NCBI RefSeq assembly: GCF_009834535.1
Contig: NC_045696.1
Location: forward strand, 75,456,001 to 75,520,000
DNA length: 64,000 bases
From: Camelus ferus
Taxonomy: Eukaryota
Direction: 5' to 3'
In this document: positions 13,596-26,536 of the stretch, piece by piece
How the letters are laid out: every line of letters starts with the position of its first letter
How positions within the stretch are numbered: the stretch's first letter is position 1
Notes under the pieces: generated by a model
What the model was told of the DNA's origin: nothing
The model's database searches: none
The model's input: only the letters and a program-made list of their open reading frames with translations
Program-made: the position numbers and the translations under genes

Positions 13596-14589
13596 GCCCT
13601 AACCAGATCACACGTTTTCTGTGAGAAGAGACTGTACCTTCATTTTATTTTGAATGTTCCACAGTGCTTAGCATGGAGCATTGGTTGGTTACACGGAGAT
13701 TAACATCACTTGCTTGAGATGCAGTTTGTTGGAGTGTGGAACAACGGTGTTCAGAGTCCAGTTGATCCAGGACCTCCATATTGTTTGTGTCACTTGGGGA
13801 AATGATACATAATCTCTCCCCACCTCAGACTTCTGCTTGACCCTTCTACAGTTGTCACAGCTTTGAGGCTACGAGAGTCTTACAGGTGGGTGGTACTTGA
13901 CCTAGAAGACAGTGTTTTGTTCCAGGCTAAAGCCAAGGAGATACACAACAGCTGTCACACTAATGCAGAGCCGAGTAGAGGGCACTCTGTGCAGGCGTGA
14001 TTCATCCACCTCATCGGGTTCCTGAAGGATGAGGAGGAATGGAGCGTGTGCCGAGGTTGTTAAGTGTGGGTGCTAATGGCATACAGGAAGTGACAGTCCT
14101 CTGGGGTGAGGGAGTGTCCCTCTCTTTGCAAGATGTTTGCCTTCCTCATTTCCCTCCCACCAGTATTTCAGCCATAATGATCTGTGCTCATTTCCAGATG
14201 GCCACTGTGGGTCACTACCCCCTTGACTGAGAACCACTGGTTGTACTAGGGTTCTGGCTGTGTCTTAGAGAACACTGAGGACATTGAGTTGGGTTGAGGA
14301 GATTTCTGGCAGAACAGCTCTACTTTTACTTGTTTTATATCAGTGAGATTTTGTTTAAAAAGATACCTACAGTTAAAGTTTTTGGAAATAGAAATGCAGT
14401 TGTACAGTTGAAATCAAACATTGCTTAACTGAACTCTGAATAGTGTCAGATCAAGGCTGAGAAATGGTCCATTCAACTGAAGAGCGGGATAAGAAAAGAA
14501 TGAAAGGGTTCCACCCTATCAAGACTAATGCAGACCTTCCCCATCCTCTAGAAATGCATGTAAACACTGGCATCCTATTGCAATCATAA

Positions 14590-14800
14590 TGACAATAGTA
14601 ATGTCCATTCACTTGGCCATGTTGTGAGCTTCACATTACATATATACTGTTTCTATCCTTATAACAATTTAGCATGATAGGCATTATAGAGGCAAAATAA
14701 TCTCATAGAAGTTGAGCAATGTCCCTACACTCATACAGCTAGTGACTGAACCTGGATTTAAATCCATAATTTAGTATAAAAGCCATGTACTGTCTACTCT
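14590..14800 (-). mobile_element. MIR SINE
   Basis: Degenerate reverse MIR (catacagctagtgactgaacctggatttaaatcca). Confidence 0.6.
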
Positions 14801-17494
14801 ACTAAGTTGTGATATGATATTATTTGTAATTTGTTCTTCACCTAAAATTTCAAACTAACAAATATTTGTATTGGGTGTGTTGGTATGTTTACTGTACTTA
14901 AATTTTAAAAGATCATATGTGACATATTGCATATGAGAATTTTTTTTCTCCCAGTCAATTCACTTTTTGTCCTTCTAAAGGCTCCCCTTGGAGAGGGAAG
15001 CAAGGCATTTGCACTAGAGTCACCCAACAACATTTGCCCTGTCCCAGTGCCTAGTTTGAACATGCCAAGCATGGGGTATCTCCTTTAGAAGGACATTCAC
15101 AGGGGCCCTCTTGCTGTGTCACTTATTACTCAGGGTTGGTACAATGCGTGGATCAAACATCTCCACAGGGGCCAATTTTTATTTCTAGTTAGTCTCAGGA
15201 ATATGTTTAGGAGGCAAATAAAGCACCGTTTGAAAACTGGGGACTTGTGATTTTCTTAGTCAGAATAAATGTTCATCACTTAGAAAAGCTCCAAGTCAGG
15301 CCTGTAGATGATTACGTGTATTTCTATTGTTAAATAAATTGGACAAGTCAATTGGCTCTCAACAATGGGATATGGGAGTCTATCTTGCAAAATCAGCTAA
15401 TGTACCCAGTATCACTCACAGAAGTCAGAAATGAGACCGTTATGTATATATCAATAGTAAGCCAATTTTAAGAAATGCAGATACAGGGTTTCCTCCTTTT
15501 TTGCTCATAACCCTCCCCCCCATATGTTTCATCTTTGACAACACAGCAGAGGCATGCAATATTTCCCACTTATTTTCTGGCTTACCACATAGATCAGTTG
15601 TCTGGGAAATGCCATAGGGACGTTTTTTCTGTATTTACTTAGATTGCTTATACAAATTGCAAAAGGATATGAAATTCTATGGGCACCTGTAGTTTATACA
15701 TTTGTCTTAGAGTTTATGGTGTTTTGGAGTTTCATTGTCTTCTTTTGAAATAAAGTATGTTGTAATAAGTTTGGGCCAACCAACTCTAGGCAAAACCATT
15801 TTGGCTAAAACTTCACAGGCTTTTTATTTTCTCCCCTCACTCCTTTTCTCTATTTAGTGTCCCTTTTCATGTGGTCACAATAAAATGTGGTCTGATAAAT
15901 TGAAATCAAATTGTGATATGCATGGACATGTTAGAGGGAGAAGAACACTGCACTTGCAGCTTTAAAAGCTGGCTATTCTTTGCTTTTAATTTCTTTGGCT
16001 TCTGGATTGACTGAGTGGCACTGGGCAAACCATTGCTGGTCTGGGCTGAGGTGTTGTCACCTGCTGGGTGAGCACTGGGACAGGGGCAGCAGCGCTGGAC
16101 GAGTGCATCCCACTCCCTTGTCCTGCATCCATGCTGGATGGTGGGGATCTGGCATGGCTCTAGGGCCCACAGAACTAATGTCTGACTTCATTGTCCTTTT
16201 CAATGCAGGGAGTATTTACAAGTGATCAATTAAATGTTAGGTTAAAAACAAGTTGTCACCCCTTGTCAAATGACTGGTTGGCTCTTTCCAGCTTGCCATC
16301 ATGAGCTATAATGTGAGATCCTTCTAGAGAGTTTTACGTATGCAAAAAACTAAGGTGGAGCACAGCACTTAATGAAAAATAATAACTTGCTGACAATAAA
16401 CATTAGCAGAGTATAAAAGAAAATTTGGGGAAGGACAAATGGATGGTTGAGGCTTTCTTAATATTCTTCAAATCTTATGTTTTAAACATCATTCTATACT
16501 ATTTCTCTTTCAGATTTCCATTTCATTTAGACATTTAAAAACTAAATAATTTCAGTTGTTAACTTACAGTTAATTTTTTAATAGGAAAAAATTTTTTCCC
16601 ATTACTTTAAAGAGGATGAAAATTTAAAATGTTTTTCAATTTAAATCAAAATTCTGATCACTATATGATAAATGCCTTGAGAATCTCATTAGAAATAACT
16701 AAATCCCACCCCATTTTTGGGGGGAAGGGTGTGATAGAAGAATTTCTAGGATACATAGTGCCAATAAAATAGTCATGCTTTTATATTTTAATTTTGACCT
16801 CTTGGCTAATGTTCTAATGATGCTGAAATCCCCATGAATGATTTACAGTATCATTTAAATCCTTTTATTGAATGAGAGACAGGTATTTCCAAGCTGGGCA
16901 TGATTAATGTCTCCCATATTAAACAATACATAACAAAATAGTTCCTTAATGTTGTATAGTACTCTGTGATAGACAAATGCTGTCTAATATGTTTGTTTTA
17001 TTTGATTACCTTTTTATTTATTTAAGCATTCAGGAGCCTATCACACTTTATAATAACCGTAGTTTAGAGTGGAGAAAAATTATGGGTAGAGTAGCTAAAC
17101 TAACTGCTCAAGGTCACACACATCTCTAGAATGTCCTGGAGCAAGAACTTGAATCTAAGTTTCTTGACCTTCTGTTCTGAGATCTTTTGTCTACATTTGG
17201 CTTCTTTTTCTAAAATTATTTTGGGTTTAATTAGTCAGAACACATTTAAATATGAATAAGAAGTAATGGGTTCTAAGGGAGAAAACAATTGAAGAAATAT
17301 TTTTAAAAATACAAAAATTTTTGACAAATACAAGAAATGTTTATTAATATGGGTTTCTTAATAGTTTATGAAGACCTGATACTGGCCTCAAACCCTCAAC
17401 TGATACGATTTTTGTAGATGACATGCTCTTTGTATTTACTTTTAAGCATGTAAACATGCTGGGGACACACAAACAAAAGTCCCACTGCCCTCTA

Positions 17495-17496
<2 letters not shown>

Positions 17497-17533
<37 letters not shown>

Positions 17534-17559
17534 ACACAGACACACACTCTCTCTCTCTC
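17497..17559. repeat. Compound microsatellite (CA)n(CT)n
   Basis: Directly visible. Confidence 0.97.
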
Positions 17560-18009
17560 CTCTCTTTTCCCCATATCCTAATCCCTATTCTCTGTCAGGG
17601 GAAGTGTATTAGAGTTTATTAGAAGAAACAAGCATTCTCAGATTGCCATATACCTTGCATGTACTGGTAGATTTGTTTGTTTTTCCTTTTGATGGGATTT
17701 TAGCCTTTTGTAAATTACAGGCGGGGCCAAAGAAAGCACCTGTTCTTTTTCCAAACGCTGCTTTGTTTCTCTTGAACTCTGGCGCCCCTGTAAACTCAGT
17801 AAAGTCCAATGACTCATGTAACATTATAATAATAGCACCCCAAACAGGCTCACTCCTCATGGTCATACCAAGATCCTCGATGCCAGGGGCCTGTGAATTT
17901 TCCTGTATCCTTATTGAGATTGGACCTATACTAAATACTGGTCATAACTGTTGACTTGAATAGAGCTGTTTGTTAGAAAGGACATTAAAGGGTGTAAAAT
18001 AAAAGAAGT

Positions 18010-18210
18010 ACGGTAACGAAAAGAGTCTAATCTTTGGAACTGGACAGTCTGAGGGATTTACTTCAGGCTCTATCATTTACTAGCTAGAATTGTGCAATTA
18101 CTTTAACTTTTTGGAGACTCAGCTTTCCCATCAGGAAAATAGGAGTAATATTCTCACCGAATAACATGTAGCAAAGTTCCTGATACATGGCAGGTGCTGA
18201 AAGGTGGTTG
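18010..18210 (+). mobile_element. MIR SINE
   Basis: ctctatcatttactagct...ctcagctttcccatcaggaaaatagg...cctgatacatggcaggtgct. Confidence 0.75.
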
Positions 18211-18699
18211 TGATTGGAATTATGCTATTGTTGATGTTGCTGTTATTTTATTATTATTTGTTTCTTGTTAGACAGCAAAAATTTCAAATATGGAAAAGTC
18301 ATAGAACTTAGCTATTTCTGTTTTGGCTGAGTTGAGAATGAAACATTTCCTGTAAGAGAGAGAGTCTATAAGTTCTGCTCTTATTTCGTAAGGTTGAAGA
18401 GAATCTTATACCAGCATATGGAATGAAATTTGATTTAGAATATTACATGGATTAATTTTATACTGACCCATAGGATTAATCTGCCTAAATGACACTCCCC
18501 CAGGAGCTGGTTAGTACAAGCAGCACAGCAGAATCCATTAACTCCCCTTTTAATCCTAATTTTAATGTAAATGTCAATGAGCAAATAGCATTTACTGTAT
18601 GGAACTTTGCTGTACATCCTACGTGATTGAAGGGAACTACTTATGGTGATAGAGGTAGCCTGAGGTCAGTGAAATTTCCCTTTCTGGTTTACTTTATAT

Positions 18700-18742
18700 G
18701 GTAATGTGCAGTGCTATGATGGGGTAATGTGCAGTGCTATGA
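18700..18742. repeat. Perfect 20-bp direct duplication GGTAATGTGCAGTGCTATGA
   Basis: Copies at 18700-18719 and 18723-18742, separated by TGG. Confidence 0.95.
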
Positions 18743-21179
18743 GAAGTACTTCAACCTGCCCCACCCCAGCAGATGGTCCCACCCCAGCTCTTCACTCACT
18801 CTTTTTTTTTTTTTTTCTTATTGACTGTTAACTTTTATTTGCCTTTCCAACACAAGGCATAGGGAACTGGAATAATTCCTCCCCCTCCCAAAGTTTCTCT
18901 ACTTGGTTTCTCTTCAAAATTATTGTAGGCAACTTTTTTCTTTTGAAAACTAAATCTTTGATCTTTGGGAAGTAATAGTCAAAACTTCAAAAAAAATTTA
19001 GATACATTATTAACTAAATCTCCAGTTCAATTATGAAAATGTTTGGGTTTTTCCAGCTTTTTCTCTCCCCCTGCATGTATTTGTGTCCATTTTGATGATG
19101 AAGCACACCTTAATTTATCTAATAACTATGTTTCTAAAACAATTTTGTTTTGAATCTATGCAATACTAATAGTGATATCAGGTGATTTTTGTACAGTGGT
19201 TCCCCTGCTCACTTTGCTAGCAATGGAGGGAAAAAGACAACCTGAATATAGTCTCTGCTTTCATGTTGCTTACTGTCTAGTAGGAAAAGACAAACATAAA
19301 TGAGAGCAGTAAAATATTACAAACACTCTGATGACATTGAGTGTAGAATAGGGAGAGTAGTCAGGAGTAGTTAGAAGGCAGGAGTAATTAATCCCCAATT
19401 CTTTATATGGTATTCAAGGCCCTTTGCGATCTCACAACAGCCTAATGCGTCAGCCACATCCTTCACCATTTTCTGTACCCGACCCCTACTCCCCACAAAT
19501 ATGCAGAGGTACTCCACAGTGTGTGTATTGTATTCATTACCATCCTATATTAAATTATGTCTTCCTATACGTGTAAGCACAGTTGCATTATTTTAATTTT
19601 AGATTGACCTGAGAGTGTCTCTAACTTGGTAGGAATCCTAGATCTTGACTGAGATTTAAATTCAGGCATCAGTGGGAAAAAAAAAATTAACATCTTCCAG
19701 GCAAGATATTGCTTCCTCATTGAGAATCTTGGAAGTTACATTTTTAAGGTAACTGCCTAATCAGTACCTGTTTTCTTGAATATAGTGCCTGAGGGAAAAG
19801 ACTAAAGAAATCCATTTTATTAACCAATCCAAGGAGCTGACAAATGTTTTCCCCGGAGAACTTTCTAGAAGCAGGAATCCAAGTCTCAGTGCATCAGCAC
19901 ACTGGCTCTCAGCATAACATTTTCTCCTGGGGCATTGTGGGCAATAGGCCTAAAAACAACATCTATGTAGTTTCCACTACAAATTTTTGACTCTTGTATC
20001 TGATGTGAATATGGCTGAGAAGTTCATGGCAACTACTTTGCACTCAGATCTCAAGAGACATGTTTTGCATAAATAGTCTCCCAGGAACACATTTGTAGTG
20101 CTAGGCTTCTAAGTATACCTCTGTGTCAGGAGACTTCAAGCCTGGCTAGTCACCTTCTCAATCTTCATTTCATTTATTCTACAATCTTTGATTACTTACG
20201 ATGTGTTAGATAACGTTTGAAGAAATGGCCAAACTTGCTGTATAAGTGTTGATGACTATTCAGTCTGCTCCAGCCTTCCCTCACTGGGATGAAGTGGTGA
20301 AGGCTGTAGTCGGGTTTTGATGGTCAGGTCCATAGTTGCCATCTTAAAAGTGATGTATATACTAGAGTTTTGGTCACTTTTCTTGAGGGAAACAAGGACA
20401 ATTCCACATCATTCCAGGAGGATTTTTTAAAAACTTTATTATTGAACATGGTTCTGATGTGAGATTTGCCAAAGGAAGCCAGTCTAGCTGAAATTTTCCA
20501 TTATCTGAATCACTTCCTTAAACTACAGTTTACAAAATTTTTTAGAGAGTATTTTGACTTACTTTTAATGATGACTGTGGTATAGTACCAAACTATACAA
20601 GGACTGGTATGGATGTCCCCAAAGCTGTGAAATGAAGAAGTCCAAATCAAGAAATAATTCGCATTTTTGCTAGACTGAATCCCTTGCTTGGGAGAAGTGA
20701 GGGCCAAAGAAAAGGGTAAGATCCCTGGCTGGTGCTGGAAATGGTTGAGAGATCTTCTGGGGTCTGTTAGTCTCATATTTCCAGAGAATGTTGAAATCAG
20801 AAACAATTACTTAAATATTATTAAAAGGAAAACCAGCCAAATGATTTAATGAGAAGTGAAGCAGTTATAGCCACATCACTCCAGTGTCTTGGCAGACTGC
20901 ATCTTTGAGCCATGCCTGGTGGGTAAGGATTTATTTCTATTCTCTTTGCATGCCAAGGGAATCCACCAGAGTTGGGGGTGGGGTGGGGACAGGAAGGAGA
21001 TGTTTCATAGCCTACAAAAGGAACATAACCCTGGAATACAGAGGAGGTTAGGTTAAGGACAGCACCTAGAGTGAAAGCTTATAAATTGAGAATTAATGGA
21101 AGAGGTTAGCTGCCTGAGAAGTAATGTTCACTCAGAGAACCAGGCTGGTTTCTAAATTTCTTTCACAAACTCAAAGGAT

Positions 21180-21335
21180 TTGAGACTGGAAAGAAGTGGA
21201 CTTTATTGCTTTCATTATTTATATGACCTTGAGCGAGTCATTTGATCTTTGTAGAGATCAGTTTCCTCATCTGTAAAATAAGGAGATTGAATTAAACAAC
21301 TTTTAAGGCCCCTTGCAGGTCTGATATCTATGAGA
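21180..21335 (+). mobile_element. MIR/MIR3 SINE
   Basis: tgaccttgagcgagtcattt...cagtttcctcatctgtaaaataagg. Confidence 0.85.
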
Positions 21336-21559
21336 ATAGACGCACTGCTACTTAAAAGGATTAAAAATAATATCTATCCATTTTCCTTCTCCCCAACAAA
21401 AACAAAGCAAAGAAAAATAGACTATATCTCAAACAGAAATTCCACACTCAGGTAGTTAGATTGGCAATGGATTGTTAATAAATGCCACAAACACTACCTT
21501 TGTCTTTAGGTTAAAAAAGAAATCTCAACAGGGCAGGATCCCTTCGGGTCTGCCCTGGG

Positions 21560-22045
21560 CTGGATTACAGTCAGTGCATCCCTGCCTCTTGCCTGCCCAT
21601 GCCTCTTTTGCTCCTCTGTCCTACCTGAAGAGTTTATCCTTCTCCTGCTGCATGACCCTCAGCCTCTCTCTCACCTTCATGTCTTGGTGCACCAACCTCC
21701 CTCTGCCTGGCTAACTCTTGCATATACTGCAGGACTCACCACAACAACAGATTACACCAGGAAACCTGAGCTCCAGACACCTTATCCACCCACGAAACAC
21801 CCCCCTCAACCCCGCGCCCCACAAAACAGCAAAGTCTTATTTAACTGGCCCTGTCATTTTTTGCTCTCTAGCATCTGAGCATTTCTCCACAATTGTAATT
21901 TTCAATTGTGTATTCACCTTTCTTCTCTACTAGTCTGTAAACTCCTTGAGAGTAAATGTCTTACTTATTTTTGAGTTGCAAGGTTGAACAGTTTGCTTGA
22001 CACTGGGAGATACACAATTAATATTTCTGAATAAAATGAATGAAA
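21560..22045 (+). mobile_element. L2 3' region
   Basis: ctagtctgtaaactccttgag...aatatttctgaataaaatgaatg tail. Confidence 0.65.
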
Positions 22046-23311
22046 AAATAATTTAACACTATCCAGAGAAAGATACAGAGAAAAAGCAACATCTTTAAAA
22101 GAAAAGAAAATCCAGACACGTCTGCTTTTTCTAACTGTCTATTGCAGACAAATGCTCTGTCCCCTTCCCGTTGGGAAGAATCTAAGAGCTGAAGGTAATA
22201 CTAATCACTTTCCATTTACATAGAATTGCCAATTTTCCTGAGCCGTGTTTGGCTGGTAGCAATGGAGTCTAATCTGGTCCTATCCATTGGAGAGCATTCC
22301 ATTCTAATAGCTGCCTTGCCATAAATTGGAAATGCATCACGCACAAGCTACTAATTTCTGCATCATAAACTTCTAATGTTTCTTTAGGCTGATGGGTTTT
22401 GTGTTTCTTGAAGTCTGGCGATGAGCCAAATATTCTTTTCTTCTAGGTAATGCCTTAGGTTGCCCCACCCTTGTGCTACCCTCCTGTCCCAGTGCTCAGT
22501 GGAAACCTGGGATTTCTGGATGTGGTAGATCTCTTTTCCAAGATGCAGTTCCCTCCTTAAACTCAAATATAAACTTCTAGATGCTGACTAAGAATTAAGA
22601 GGTCAGCAATCCCTGGAGTTTATGTCTTGGTAGGTGCACATGTCCCAGTTTTAGGCACACTTTAGTCAATCCATATCACTTCTTCCCCAAATCCTTCTGA
22701 TACTTCTCCCTCTAATTCTTTGTGGGGGCGGGCAAGTGCCAAAAGTGGAGAGTGGCCCTCAGCTGAAGCCACTGATTGCTCACGACCCATCCTAAGGCTA
22801 GATATTAAGATGGGTCTGGGAATATAGGAATGAGTAGGACACGGTCCTGAAACTTACTAAGGACTACAATTTAACAATTATATTACAATACAGTGGGATC
22901 AGTGTTCACATAGGAGCAAGCACATACTCTTTCATGCCATTTCTTATCTCCTTGATGTCTGATGGAGTGGAGTGCCGTGCATAAAATGTTGTCTCCTGCT
23001 GTCCTAGAATATCTATTTTCCTTTGTTTCTTCAAGAGTTCCTTCCAAACTGTTACCAATCCAGAGCAGGTGAGGGAAGGACAGAGCTCTGACCTGACTCT
23101 AGACTCACCCACTAAGGCATCCAACATTTACCTCTGTGAGGCACGGAGACTACGGGGATGAAATTCCTGGGTCCATGCTCTTAAGGGGCTCACATGCTGG
23201 TGCGTATGTTGAGGGAGGGGATACACCTTTAACATGTTTGCAATCCGATTTTTCTTGACCTGATGGAAATATTTATGGAGCATAGTAAAGACAGGAAGTC
23301 CACGCTGGAGG

Positions 23312-23313
<2 letters not shown>

Positions 23314-23367
<54 letters not shown>

Positions 23368-23390
23368 GAGAGAGTCAGAGAGAGAGAGAG
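23314..23390. repeat. Compound microsatellite (TG)n(AG)n
   Basis: Directly visible. The pure GT tract runs 23314-23362. Confidence 0.97.
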
Positions 23391-23539
23391 GACTTTTTGA
23401 GCTGAGACTTGGGAGGTAAATAGATGTTTACCAGGCTAACAGCAGGTGACAAAATGGCATTCCAGGCTGGATGGATCTACTGTCTGGGGAATCAAAGGTG
23501 AACATTGCTCTTACTGAGGTGGGAGAGAGAGGGTTTTAG

Positions 23540-23738
23540 AGAAGTAAACTGGTAAATATTTAACAACTGGCTATCCTCTTCCCCTCCCCCAATAAAGGCC
23601 TAATCTGTAGCAATTGTTGATTTCCACAGTATAAATTCTCCCATCCTGGCCACTCAGTCTACCACTGTGACAGCAGTAAACACAAAGCTGAGAAGATTCT
23701 AGTAAGCAGCTTGTAGGTGCCACCTCCAGCACACCTGG
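23540..23738. mobile_element. Ancient non-autonomous DNA transposon (hAT-like, family not assigned)
   Basis: ctggtaaatatttaacaactggct...tgtagcaattgttgatttccac...ccagcacac resembles a recurring eutherian MITE. Short terminal complementarity ctgg/ccag. Confidence 0.55.
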
Positions 23739-24264
23739 GCTTCCCCTCTTCCTACACCCAAATAACACACAAGATCTTTACAATCACGTCACCTGATTGC
23801 TCCATGTGATATACTGACTGTGCACCGCCAAGTCTATGGCAGATTCTGAATGTTCTCATGTCCTCACAGGACTGGGAATCAGGAGACCTGGGTTGTGGTT
23901 CTGACTCTCCAGGAACCCTGTGACTTTGGAAAAGTCACTTAGCCCCTTTGAGATACACTAAGTCTGAGCCCTATGTGATTTCCAAGACTCTTTACAACTC
24001 TAATAGTCATTATTCAGTTATTCCAAGGATGTATTTTTCCATTGATTTTTTTCTAGATCACATGTCTTTTTATCTTGACACAGAATGGAGAGACCTTGGA
24101 TTTTAAGAAGCTCAGTAGAAAAAAAGTTTCTTTATCTTTATTGGTCCTAATGAGTATTTTTCCTCTGTGAAAGGGATTTTATTGATCATTACAAGGCTAC
24201 ATTCTGAAAAGAGCCTTGTCAGTGATTAGATATTTGAATAAAGTGGGTTTTACTTTTCTTTCAG

Positions 24265-24340
24265 GGTTGTTACATGGTTTAATGAGAAAATGCAGTACAG
24301 GAATACAGTTGAAGAGTATAATGTGTTGCCCACTCTTAAG
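24265..24340 (+). CDS. Candidate penultimate coding exon (76 nt): xVVTWFNEKMQYRNTVEEYNVLPTLK
   Basis: Strong acceptor ttttacttttctttcag|G and donor AAG|gtatta. The frame is open, the context is non-repetitive, and it joins the next exon in frame. Confidence 0.5.
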
Positions 24341-24639
24341 GTATTATTTTAAACAGGTTTTTTCTATATTGCAAAAAAAAATGTAGCTATGCTAAAATAA
24401 AAAACAAAAGTAGATTTATTTATTTTTTGAAATATCAACTACAAGCTGCAATATATGCTGTTTACAATATCTGCCTACAATGTAAATGATGGCTTCATGC
24501 AAAATAATGCTATATTTTAAATCATTAATGATCTACACTTTACTATGGGGAATATACAAATCTGGTGCTCTGTAAGAAATGTTTATAAACATGTGAAATT
24601 AAAACTTAATAAGAGTCAATTTTATTTTGTCTTATATAG

Positions 24640-24675
24640 GAGTATCATGAGACATTTCAGCACTCCTGGCACTGA
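24640..24675 (+). CDS. Candidate terminal coding exon: EYHETFQHSWH*
   Basis: Acceptor ttttattttgtcttatatag|G with branch-point-like cttaat about 30 nt upstream. TGA at 24673-24675 and ATTAAA at 24718-24723. Confidence 0.45.
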   Translation, partial: EYHETFQHSWH

Positions 24676-24717
24676 AGTATTTAGAATACACTGAAACAGT
24701 AATGGAAATATACTTTG

Positions 24718-24723
24718 ATTAAA
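24718..24723 (+). terminator. Candidate polyadenylation signal ATTAAA
   Basis: Common variant poly(A) hexamer about 43 nt after the candidate stop. It only counts if the exon call holds. Confidence 0.3.
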
Positions 24724-24974
24724 AACTGAAAAGTACCTAAATAATGAATTTAAAAAGAGGTAAAAATTATCAATAAGTAATTTATCTGGCTTAGAGGTTT
24801 ATACCAGAAATCCACCAATTATTCTCCTTTATTTTTTGCATCAGCAATGCCTGACACCTTTGTCCTAGCAACACCAGATCAGTCTGCTGATTGTGTTATT
24901 TCAGACTAACAGTTTGTTCATTCAGTGAACAATTCCTCAATGGTTAGGATTGAACTAGCAAGTTACTTTACTGG

Positions 24975-26140
24975 TTATTCATCCACTCCACAAATATTTA
25001 TCACACACCTACTATGTGAGATACTGTTGGACACAGTGGGAATATAAAGATGGATCAGATTTGAGAATGCAGTAGCAGATTGAATGATGACCCTCAAAAA
25101 GAAACGTTCATGTCATAATTCCCCAAACCTGTGACATTATTCATCATTTATTTAGAAAAAGGGTTTTTGCAGATATAGTTCGGAATCTTGAAAAGAGGGG
25201 ATAGTTTGGGGTTATTCAGGTGGACCCTAAACCCAATAAATGTCTTTATGAGAAAAAGGCAGAGGAGATTTGACACAAACAGAAGAAGAGGAGGCAACAT
25301 GACCATGGAGGCAGAGATTGGAGTGATGTGGCCACAAGTCAAAGAATGACAACAGCCACCAGGTGTTGGAAAAGGAAGGAAATTAATTCTACCTAGTTTC
25401 TCAAGGTAGAGTGCTGCCCTACCAATACCTTGGTTTCAAACTTCTGGCCTCCAGAACTGTGACAGAATAAAGTAATGTTGCTTCTGCTACCAAATTTGTA
25501 GTAACTTGTTATTGTAGCCTCAGAAAACTAATGTAGATCCTATTTCCAAAGAAGAGAACGTATTTCTATGTTCTGTTGTTCTCTTAAGTTTGGTTGGAAT
25601 GAGAGTTTGGAAGAAGGAGAGATTAGTTTCTATTGGAGGTATCAAGACATATTTAACTGGAAGAAGGTATTTGAGAATGCCTGGAGGAAGAAGAATTTAA
25701 GAATCCTTTGAAAAATGAATAGAATTTGGACTTAGAAGGATGGCACTGATGATAGAGATGTTGGAGGATGGTGGTGGTGTGAGGTGCTGGGGTAGATGTG
25801 TCTGGGGTGGAGGTGGAGGTGTGGTGTATTACAGGCAGAAGGAAGCTTGCCATCAAGCTGTAAAGTGAGAGACCAGTACCGAGAAGAGGGAAGGGTCAAT
25901 TAGTTTGGGAATGAAAGAGACATACGGGAAACCGGAACCAGAAGGGGCTCTGTGTGACTAGCTAGAGTGTGGACTTCATTCCATAATCTATAAGCGATTC
26001 GTTTTAAATTTCTTTTTAAGCAGAAGGATGACAAGGTCAAAATTGTGTTTAAGAAATATTTCTGGCTACAGTATGATTTGGGTAGGGAAAGTACACAGAG
26101 ACAGGTTAAGAGAAGATAATGTTAATTTAAGGAAGCGGAG
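24975..26140 (-). mobile_element. L2 fragments interrupted by MLT1
   Basis: attcatccactcacaaatatttatcacacacctactatgtg is an L2 tail reversed. Purine-rich L2-like sequence resumes after about 25600. Confidence 0.6.
25070..25535 (+). mobile_element. MLT1C/D-like solo LTR
   Basis: gaggcagagattggagtgatgtggccacaag, cttctggcctccagaactgtga and gaaaactaat end. Confidence 0.92.
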
Positions 26141-26536
26141 TGTTATGTGCTAAGCTGTATCTCTCCCAAATTCATATGTTGAAGTTCTTACCCTCAATGT
26201 CTCAGAATGTGACTATTTGGAGACAGGGCCTTTAAAGATGTAATTAAGGTAAAATGAGGTCATATGAGTGGACTTTAATCCAATATGACTAGTGTCCCTA
26301 TAAGAAGAGGAGATTAGGATACAGACAACACATAGACCAAGGGGAGGCCATGTGAGAATACAGTGAGAAGGTGACCATCTGCAACCCATGGAAAGGGCCT
26401 CAGAAGCCAAACTTGTTGATGCTTTGATCTTGGTCTTCTAGCCATAGGTTCTCTAGACTTGAAAGAAGATAAATTTCTCTTGTTCAGGTCACCTAGTCTG
26501 TGACATCTTGTTATGGCAGCCCAACAAATTAATCCA
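26141..26536 (+). mobile_element. MLT1A/B-like solo LTR
   Basis: tgttatg...caaattcatatgttgaag...ttgttatggcagcccaacaaattaatcca, with TG...CA ends. Confidence 0.92.

Noticed and set aside
19603..19628. 26-nt micro-exon candidate (IDLRVSLT) phase-compatible with the 24265 exon
   Set aside because: AG...GT pairs this short are common by chance. No independent support.
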